Source: an uncultured Alphaproteobacteria bacterium (GTDB lineage Bacteria > Pseudomonadota > Alphaproteobacteria > RF32 > CAG-239). From it: a stretch of 51,838 nt of DNA. Shown here piece by piece: positions 1 to 9,470 of the stretch. The notes below the pieces were generated by a model. It ran no database searches and was not told the DNA's origin. It saw only the letters and a program-made list of their open reading frames with translations. The position numbers and the translations under genes are program-made. The stretch lies in the NCBI GenBank assembly GCA_944391725.1, contig CALXUQ010000004.1, positions 1-51,838 of the forward strand, read 5' to 3'. Positions within the stretch are counted from its first letter, which is position 1; every line of letters begins with the position of its first letter.

Positions 1-42
1 AAGGCGTTTGCTGGCACCATTAGGGTTACACCCGCTTATGAA

Positions 43-77
43 GAACCACCGGCTAAGCCGGTGGGTTACTTTTTTTT
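43..77 (+). mobile_element. Possible IS200/IS605-type subterminal hairpin (right end of an element lying upstream of the window); also usable as a terminator
   Basis: GAAGAACCACCGGCTAAGCCGGTGGGTTAC followed by a T-run; resembles the AACCACC..GGTGG hairpins of IS200-type ends; no tnpA inside the window. Confidence 0.35.
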
Positions 78-170
78 ATGGCTGAAATCTATAAGAAATT
101 TTTAGTTGACAATATTAATATATATGATGTATGATAGATATCAATAATGATATATGTATGTGAGGTTAGT

Positions 171-677
171 ATGAAAAAATTATATCTAATGATACTCGGG
201 GCTCTGTTGGCTCCGCTTCCAGCTATAGCTAATCCGGCTTGCGCAGTTTGTACCGTGGCAATTGGCGCCTCGCTGGGGGTGGCTCGCGAGATGGGCGTGT
301 CCGACGCGGTGGTCGGGCTTTGGGCCGGTGCATTGCTCACCCTCTTGGGCTATTGGACCATGGTCTATTTTGATAAAAAAAACTGGAATTTTTGGGGTCG
401 CGACTTTTTGCTGTTGTTGGTGTCCGTTGGCATGATAGGCTTTATCTATATTGACGAAGTTGTATATGCTCCCAAAATCATCTGGCAAGTCTTCTACCTT
501 GACCCGATTCTTTTTAGTGCCGTTTTAGGTATGTTGCTCTTTATTTATACGGAAAAGTTTTACCAGTGGATGAAAGAGCGCAACGGCGGACATGCGCATT
601 TCCCCTTTGAAAAAGTGGTGCTGCCGGTTGTCACGTTGTTTGTGGCAAGCTACTTGCTGAATGCATACCCGCTTTAG
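171..677 (+). CDS. Hypothetical membrane protein with signal peptide and N-terminal CxxC (NPACAVC)
   Basis: ORF with GAGG RBS before ATG 171; several hydrophobic helices; followed by a terminator. Confidence 0.8.
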   Translation: MKKLYLMILGALLAPLPAIANPACAVCTVAIGASLGVAREMGVSDAVVGLWAGALLTLLGYWTMVYFDKKNWNFWGRDFLLLLVSVGMIGFIYIDEVVYAPKIIWQVFYLDPILFSAVLGMLLFIYTEKFYQWMKERNGGHAHFPFEKVVLPVVTLFVASYLLNAYPL

Positions 678-706
678 GATTGATAAAATTTACATAAACA
701 CCATAT

Positions 707-738
707 AACCGCCGGGGCAGAATGCTCTGGCGGTTTTT
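707..738 (+). terminator. Intrinsic terminator
   Basis: AACCGCCGGGGCA-GAA-TGCTCTGGCGGTT followed by a T-run. Confidence 0.75.
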
Positions 739-760
739 GTATTTCTGCACTTAAAATTCA

Positions 761-788
761 TTGCATTTTAACCAATATGAGGTAGACT
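761..788 (+). promoter_or_regulatory. Putative sigma70-type promoter of cassette copy 1
   Basis: TTGCAT-N16-TAGACT; same hexamer pattern and spacing in copy 2 although the spacer sequence differs. Confidence 0.6.
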
Positions 789-925
789 AAATTTGCACTC
801 GGGAGAGCCGAGTGCGGAGTGTCACAACTCCTTATACAGAAAGAAAGCTCCTTGAATGGGGAGCGGCCGGAATAAGTGTGCCTTGTGCATAACGAAGAAG
901 GTCGACTGTTTCTGTGTACAGTTTG

Positions 926-1194
926 GCCCCTAAATCCCCCTTAAAAATATATTTTAGTTTAGCTAGAAAAAGATAGATGCGAGCAAAATGGTGTAGCGGA
1001 TAGTTCTTCATATCTGCAAAGCATTTTACGAAGCAGATGCTTTTTATAGCTAAATCCGTAGGACAAGCCTCCAATCATCATCCTACTTGCCATTTTTCTT
1101 GGTGTTAGCAATAAGTAGCACCTGCGAAAAATGCCTGCGTATTATAATGATTGGGCGGCTTGCTAAAATATGTCTTTAAGGGAGATTTAGGGGC
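926..1194. mobile_element. 269-nt MITE-like or invertible segment with 32-nt terminal inverted repeats
   Basis: 926-957 versus the reverse complement of 1163-1194 match at 29/32; segment absent from the paralogous leader at ~29870; no convincing ORF. Confidence 0.6.
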
Positions 1195-1201
1195 ATCCTC
1201 C

Positions 1202-1233
1202 CCGCCTTAGGAAAGCTAGGGCGGTTTCTTTTT
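1202..1233 (+). terminator. Leader terminator upstream of the HTH gene (copy 1)
   Basis: CCGCCTTAG-GAAAG-CTAGGGCGG followed by TTTCTTTTT. Confidence 0.7.
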
Positions 1234-1263
1234 GAAGTAGAAACCTAAAGGGAGTTTAGAGCT

Positions 1264-1545
1264 ATGGGACGTTATAGTAAACGAATTAAATCTTGGCAGG
1301 AATGCCGCAAAGAAATTGGCGAAAAAATTAAGGAAATGCGCTTAGAGTTGGATTTATCGCCCGAAACCGCCGCCGAAATACTGCATACCGGCACCAATCA
1401 CTTGCTTTACTTGGAAGATGGATATCTAAAAAATATGCAAATCTCCACCCTCCACGCACTAGCTTATAAATATAATTATAAGTTAAAGATAAGCTTTGAG
1501 AAAAAGAATGAGAAAAAAATAGTCATCCCTCGACTACGAAAGTAG
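1264..1545 (+). CDS. XRE/Cro-C1 family helix-turn-helix protein (copy 1)
   Basis: IGEKIKEMRLELDLSPETAAEIL...LLYLEDG...ISTLHALA pattern; GGGAG RBS; near-identical paralogue at 29939. Confidence 0.8.
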   Translation: MGRYSKRIKSWQECRKEIGEKIKEMRLELDLSPETAAEILHTGTNHLLYLEDGYLKNMQISTLHALAYKYNYKLKISFEKKNEKKIVIPRLRK

Positions 1546-1990
1546 TCGTCCAGGGATCTTCCGATTAGTATTAACAAATTCGAAGACCCCTTGATGGTTA
1601 CTGACGTAACCAAGTGGTGACATATTTATATTGTATTAAAATTATCATAAGCCAGCATAATGATAGCATCGCGGATACAGGGCACATACGCTAAGCAGCT
1701 AACCAGCCGCGGCCCGTCGCACGGGTCATCCCTCGATTGCATTAGCAATATTTAAAGTCATCCCTCGTTTTTCGGAGAAAAACGTCAAACCAAAAGGGTC
1801 ATCCCTCGACTACGATAGTAGTCGTCAAGGGATCTACCGATTAATATTAACAAATTCGAAGGCCCCTTGATGGTTACTGACGTAACCAAGGGGTGACATT
1901 ATATTTATTATCAACCCGCTCTACTGGTAGCATCGCGGCTTCAAGGCACATACGCTAAGCAGCTAACCTGCCGCGCACCCGTCGTACGGG
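1522..1990. repeat. Cluster of GTCATCCC-type palindromic (REP-like) repeats; two ~195-200 nt direct-repeat units (1522-1725, 1798-1990)
   Basis: GTCATCCCTCG at 1522, 1725, 1757 and 1798; units share GGGATCT...TTGATGGTTACTGACGTAACCAAG and TAGCATCGCGG...CCCGTCG(C/T)ACGGG. Confidence 0.85.
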
Positions 1991-1995
1991 TAAAG

Positions 1996-2021
1996 TTAAA
2001 GCCCCTTGATAGGGGCTTTAA
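1996..2021 (-). terminator. Terminator after gyrB (possibly bidirectional)
   Basis: TTAAAGCCCCT-TGAT-AGGGGCTTTAA perfect inverted repeat. Confidence 0.65.
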
Positions 2022-2023
2022 GA

Positions 2024-4492
<2,469 letters not shown>

Positions 4493-4622
4493 CTAGAACT
4501 TAAATTTATATCAAAATATACCTCAAATTATCCGATTAACCAAGCAAAAACTCCGATTTATCCCACATTTGAGTAGGATAAAGATTAATTCTACGGTTGC
4601 AATATAGACCCGATTCGCGGCG

Positions 4623-5984
4623 CTAATTTTTATCAGCGTATGGGTTACCGGTTTTGCGCACGGTCATTCGGATAGGAATACCGCCCAAACCAAAGGTTTC
4701 GCGCAAATTGTTAACCAGATACCGCAAATAAGATTCCGGCAGTCCCTCGGGGTTGCTTGAGAAAATATAAAATGATGGCGGACGTGATTTTGCCTGCGTA
4801 ATATAACGCAGTTTAATACGGCGTTTGTTTTTGCCGAGCGGAGGCGGATAATTGTCAATCATATCCGCAAACCACTGGTTGAGCGGAGCTGTCGGGATAC
4901 GGCTGTTCCAGCGGTCATAAACTTTGAAAACGGCGCGCATAAGCTTATCTAGGCCTTCGCCTTTGAGTGCGGAAATTGTCACTGTGGGCACCCCTTCAAC
5001 TTGGGTTAAGGAGGTTTTTAGTTTGTAATTTAGTTGGTCTAGAGCCTCTTTGCGATTGGCAATATCCCATTTGTTTACGGCAATCACCAAAGCGCGCCCT
5101 TCCTCAATTACTTTGCGAGCAATGGTCAAATCTTGTTTTTCGAGCACGGCGTCGGCATCAAGCACCAACACCACTACTTGTGCCATAAAAGCGGCGTGCT
5201 TGGTGCTGGCCGCTGACATTTTCTCCAAAGAGTCTGCTACACGAGATTGACGACGCAAACCGGCGGTATCCACCAAGTTGACTTTGCGCCCTTGCCATAC
5301 CCACTCGGAAGTGATGGCGTCACGCGTGACACCTGCTTCCGGTCCGGTCAGCATTCTCTCGTCTTTGAGTAAGGCGTTTACTAAGGTAGATTTGCCGACA
5401 TTCGGCCGCCCGACAATGGCTAACTGGAGCGGACGCTCATTAGGCTCATCTCCATCACTATTATCAGCATCTAAAACAGATTTAGGGCTTTTCTTGTCTA
5501 AGGGTTTGAGGGCTTCATACAGGTCATTGGTGCCCAACCCATGTTCGGCCGAAAAAGGTATCGGCTGACCAAGACCCAGTTTATAAGCCTCGTGAATGCT
5601 GTCTTCTTGAGTTTTAGATTCGCATTTGTTCGCCAGCAATACCACCGGCTTGCCCGATTGGCGCAAAATATCGGCAAAATGCTCATCATAAGGCTGCAAA
5701 CCGGCTCTGGCATCAAACAAAAACAAGCAAACATCGGCCTCATCAATTGCTCTTTTGGTTTGCTCCCACATTCTGCTTTCTAGATTATCTTCATTAGAAT
5801 ATTCATATCCGGCCGTGTCAATCACCCGCAAATCCAAATCGCGGAGTTTAGCCGGAGCCTCTCGGCGGTCACGAGTAACCCCCGGTTGGTCATGCACAAT
5901 CGCAATTTTTCGACCGGCCAACCGATTAAACAAGGTAGACTTTCCGACATTCGGTCTCCCGATAATAGCAATTTTGAGGCTCAT
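4623..5984 (-). CDS. der: Ribosome biogenesis GTPase Der (EngA)
   Basis: Two GRPNVGKS / DTAG / NKxD-like G-domains plus C-terminal KH-like region. Confidence 0.97.
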   Translation of the reverse strand: MSLKIAIIGRPNVGKSTLFNRLAGRKIAIVHDQPGVTRDRREAPAKLRDLDLRVIDTAGYEYSNEDNLESRMWEQTKRAIDEADVCLFLFDARAGLQPYDEHFADILRQSGKPVVLLANKCESKTQEDSIHEAYKLGLGQPIPFSAEHGLGTNDLYEALKPLDKKSPKSVLDADNSDGDEPNERPLQLAIVGRPNVGKSTLVNALLKDERMLTGPEAGVTRDAITSEWVWQGRKVNLVDTAGLRRQSRVADSLEKMSAASTKHAAFMAQVVVLVLDADAVLEKQDLTIARKVIEEGRALVIAVNKWDIANRKEALDQLNYKLKTSLTQVEGVPTVTISALKGEGLDKLMRAVFKVYDRWNSRIPTAPLNQWFADMIDNYPPPLGKNKRRIKLRYITQAKSRPPSFYIFSSNPEGLPESYLRYLVNNLRETFGLGGIPIRMTVRKTGNPYADKN

Positions 5985-6003
5985 TAATTTTTTCCTTTAT
6001 TGT

Positions 6004-7326
6004 TTATTTGTAGGCCAGCAATTCGGCATCATTGGTGGTAAAGATAACCACTCCGTTAGCAATGACCGGCGATAACAAAATCTCATCATCCACATTGATA
6101 AAGCCCAAGATTGCTCCGGTGTAAGGCGAAACCGCAAATACGTGACCGTCCGATAGTGCCGCAATCAAACTATTGTTAGCTAACACCGGCCCGACGGCAG
6201 CCAATCCGGTACTATGCTCCGGCACCGGGAGTTTTTTGTTCCACACCACTTTACCGGTATTTTTCTGCAAGGCGATTAATTCAAAATCATCACTCAACAC
6301 ATACATAAACTGACCGGCAATCCAAGGCTGGTTGGAGGTTGAAATTTCACGCTCCCAAATTTTTCTTCCGGTTCTAAGGTCAATTGCCATCAAGACATCG
6401 CTGTGTCCGGCGGCAAAAACTTTGTCACCGTCAATAATCGGGTTAGCTTTAATTGCCGTAATTTCGGCCAAAGAATTGGTCCTTTTGGGGCTGATTAGCA
6501 TTTCTGACCAGAGCGGCGTTCCGGTAGAGGCCTTAAAGGCTCTGAGCTCGCCGTTGTTAAAGGCCGCCACGGCCACATCCTCCTCACTGCTGTAAGCCGG
6601 ACTTGCCCCACCGACCAAGGTTGTTGCTTCAGTTGTGGTTTTATATTTCCAAATTTCTTTACCGTTAAAGGCATCAAGCGCAATTAAGGTATTGTCGATG
6701 GTTTGAACCAACAAGCGATTGTTTTGAATGGTCGGGGCAATACGGATGGGCATTTCGGTATCATAACGCCAAATTTCCTTACCGGTTTTCATCTCCAAGG
6801 CAAACACGCCGCCAAACCCGGTAGTGGCAAAAATGCGTTGTCCGCCATAAGCAATACCGGCACCTTTAAGTGCGATTCCCTTATCGTCCTTAATAATTGG
6901 TTTGAGGCGCTTATGCCAAATTTCTCTTCCGTCGTCAAGCCGGCGGGCAGTAACCTTGGCATCGGCATCAATTGCAAACACCACTTGGTGAGCCACAACC
7001 GGAGCCGCAATTAGAAAATCGCGTTTGGAAGCCCCTTCACCAAAGCTTGCTGTCCAAAACTCATCAATCGTATTTCCCGATTGCAAATGCGACATTACAT
7101 GAGTGGCATTTCCGCCGTTTTGAGCCCATTGTTTATTGAGATAAGGGCGTGGCAGTTTAATTTTAACAAAACCGGCATCATAATCGGGTTTAATCTCGGT
7201 TTCGCTGCTCAACACCGAGATTCTTTCGCCCTCAGGCAAAATTTTATCGTTGCTAAACAGTCCGCAAGATGCGGTTGACAATGCCAACGCACCACACATT
7301 AAACTTCTGATTGTCCGGTTTATCAT
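6004..7326 (-). CDS. PQQ-like beta-propeller outer-membrane lipoprotein (BamB-like)
   Basis: Lipobox (STASC), repeated AxDxxTGxxxW blades, yfgM-bamB-der synteny. Confidence 0.85.
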   Translation of the reverse strand: MINRTIRSLMCGALALSTASCGLFSNDKILPEGERISVLSSETEIKPDYDAGFVKIKLPRPYLNKQWAQNGGNATHVMSHLQSGNTIDEFWTASFGEGASKRDFLIAAPVVAHQVVFAIDADAKVTARRLDDGREIWHKRLKPIIKDDKGIALKGAGIAYGGQRIFATTGFGGVFALEMKTGKEIWRYDTEMPIRIAPTIQNNRLLVQTIDNTLIALDAFNGKEIWKYKTTTEATTLVGGASPAYSSEEDVAVAAFNNGELRAFKASTGTPLWSEMLISPKRTNSLAEITAIKANPIIDGDKVFAAGHSDVLMAIDLRTGRKIWEREISTSNQPWIAGQFMYVLSDDFELIALQKNTGKVVWNKKLPVPEHSTGLAAVGPVLANNSLIAALSDGHVFAVSPYTGAILGFINVDDEILLSPVIANGVVIFTTNDAELLAYK

Positions 7327-7359
7327 GATTTATATTCCCATAATGTTAAACTTGCCAGA

Positions 7360-8046
7360 TTATTTAGTTTCTTCATCTAAGATTAACAACATATCCTGTG
7401 CTCTCGATTTGAGCTCACCAGGAACATTGGCGCTTTCGGTAATTTGGGTATAAAGCGTCTTGGCCTGATCAAAATTTTTGGCATAAATTGCGGCCATTGC
7501 AAGCATTTCCTGAGCAATTGCGGTCCAATTCCCGTTTTCCTCAATCAAAGGTTTGAGCATAGTCTCAATTTCCTCATAGGGCTTATTTTCCAATTGATAA
7601 GATGCCAGTTTAATAATTGCCACATCGCGCAAAGACTTGTTCACATCATCGCGAGATACAAATTTTTGCAAAGTATCGGCGGCCTCTGTCATTTTATCTT
7701 GCTCGGCCAAAATATTTGCGCTTTGCAACACGGCTAATTGTTCATAAATACTGTTGCCGGCATTTTTTTCCAAGTCTTGAAGGATTCGCAGACTTTCATC
7801 ATATTTCCCCTGATTTTGCATAGCCACGGCCACGGCGTAGACATCGGAAACTTTTTGATATTTTTTATCATGCCAACTCTTAAAAGTTTCAAAACTCACG
7901 GCAGCAGTGAGTGCAATTATCACCACGGCAACTATATACAATCCGTACCGATTCCAAATATCACGGATTCTTTCATTTTTAAGTTCCTCATTAACCTCCA
8001 AAATAAAGGCATCTTCCTGGTTTTGCGGACTGTTCTTTTTTTTCAT
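7360..8046 (-). CDS. YfgM-like TPR membrane protein
   Basis: FILEVNEELKNER...W.RYG then a single TM helix and a helical domain; upstream of bamB-der. Confidence 0.8.
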   Translation of the reverse strand: MKKKNSPQNQEDAFILEVNEELKNERIRDIWNRYGLYIVAVVIIALTAAVSFETFKSWHDKKYQKVSDVYAVAVAMQNQGKYDESLRILQDLEKNAGNSIYEQLAVLQSANILAEQDKMTEAADTLQKFVSRDDVNKSLRDVAIIKLASYQLENKPYEEIETMLKPLIEENGNWTAIAQEMLAMAAIYAKNFDQAKTLYTQITESANVPGELKSRAQDMLLILDEETK

Positions 8047-8138
8047 TGCCCTAAATCTCCATATTTTTAGCATAGTTATAATATATATATTCGAAAAGCT
8101 CAATTAAGCCAAGAGTAATTTTTAACGATTAACCATTT

Positions 8139-9275
8139 TTATTTGCTGAGCTCATAGAGCAAAAAGTTTTTGAGCCAACGCAAATCCTCAATCGGCAGTT
8201 TTTTCCCAAACACAATTGTTTTATCGGCCGCAATAATGGCAATATAATGACGACCGGTAGCCGGATTAAGTGCCACATCAATCGCCTCGATTTTGTCTTT
8301 ATCAATTTCATCTTTTTTACGAGAATAGGATAAAAACTTATGAACATTAACGATTTTATATTTTTTCAGCACCAATTTTTCCTTAGCCAAGAGCATAATC
8401 AGGGCTCCCGCCACCAATATGACCCCGACGGCATAAGCCCAATTTATATCTGCTTCCGGATACTCCCAGCGTCTGGCCAGCATAAATTCCACTCCGGCCA
8501 AAGCCGCGCCCAATATCAGGAAACCACAGGCCAACAAGCTATAAGCATCCCATAACCGGTTGCGGATTTTTATAATGATTTTGCGGTCTTTTCGTTTTAC
8601 AATCAGCGAGCTTGGAACTTTTGAATGCGGATTAAATTTTTCTTTCAGCTGCCATTTTTGAGCCATTTCCTTAATAGATTTTCCAAAGTCATTAATTTCG
8701 CGGATAACCGTTCCCTCATCGGTATCAACAATCGCCGGCAGGTTGAGTTGACGCGCAAAATATTCCCATTTTTTTCGCACTTGTTTGTCATTGGTAGATA
8801 TATACAACGGGATGATTTTTTGCGGATTTTGGTGGTATAGTTCTACAATATACTTGTTGCGGTTCATAAATCCGAACTTAAAAAACTCGATTCTATATCG
8901 CACGCCGGAATATTTTTTGAGCGGTTCCTTATAAGCTGAAGTTTTATTATTTGCGGCCCGATGCACCACGCTAACATATTTGCCGTCAAAATATATTTTG
9001 CGATAATGAAAATAAGCGCTAGCCAATCCCAAGATGATACATATTCCGATAAACATCAGCACGCTGTCAAAGAGCTTGATGTTTAAGACGGATTCGTCAG
9101 GAGAAATTTCCGTTCCGTTAACCCAGTCATAGTATCCGAGCGCCGCCAACAAAAAACCCAGCAATATCCCCGGCAACAAAATCTTAAGCGAAATTCGGTC
9201 CAAAGATTTTGCCGGCAATTTATTGATATCGAGTTCAAATTGGTGGCTAAAATGATTGGGAAATTTTTCTTTCAT
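8139..9275 (-). CDS. Hypothetical membrane protein with two (TM hairpin + soluble domain) halves
   Basis: 378-aa ORF, four hydrophobic segments, AAGGA RBS. Confidence 0.65.
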   Translation of the reverse strand: MKEKFPNHFSHQFELDINKLPAKSLDRISLKILLPGILLGFLLAALGYYDWVNGTEISPDESVLNIKLFDSVLMFIGICIILGLASAYFHYRKIYFDGKYVSVVHRAANNKTSAYKEPLKKYSGVRYRIEFFKFGFMNRNKYIVELYHQNPQKIIPLYISTNDKQVRKKWEYFARQLNLPAIVDTDEGTVIREINDFGKSIKEMAQKWQLKEKFNPHSKVPSSLIVKRKDRKIIIKIRNRLWDAYSLLACGFLILGAALAGVEFMLARRWEYPEADINWAYAVGVILVAGALIMLLAKEKLVLKKYKIVNVHKFLSYSRKKDEIDKDKIEAIDVALNPATGRHYIAIIAADKTIVFGKKLPIEDLRWLKNFLLYELSK

Positions 9276-9470
9276 ATTTTCAAAATCCTTCTGTTTATAT
9301 CTCTCAATTTAGACTTCACATTGATAATGTATAATATATTTTCCAAAGAATCATCAAATTTTTTATAAAATAAATTTAGGTAATATTAATATTATTGCGA
9401 TAATAACATAAGAATAGATAATTAATAACAAAAGCAATCATTGATATATGAGTAGCGGAAGGGGCCAGCG

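Larger units (their letters stand above)
795..1233 (+). ncRNA. Structured leader RNA, C4/CI-antisense-like, copy 1 (interrupted by insert 926-1194)
   Basis: Hairpins 795-815 and 816-831; cloverleaf closed by GGGGAG(858-863)/CTCCCC(1198-1203); terminator 1202-1233; homologous to 29741-29909 with pairing-preserving substitutions. Confidence 0.6.

Noticed and set aside
832-1074. 80-aa minus-strand ORF in the leader
   Set aside because: Crosses the insert boundary, has no counterpart in copy 2, and the region is better explained by RNA structure
795-1233. Known metabolite riboswitch or self-splicing intron
   Set aside because: I could not match conserved cores of TPP, FMN, SAM, cobalamin, glycine or c-di-GMP riboswitches, or of group I/II introns; an Rfam scan is needed to exclude fully
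1522-1990. CRISPR array
   Set aside because: Repeat head is only 11 nt, spacing is irregular, the intervening sequences are themselves repeated, and there are no cas genes
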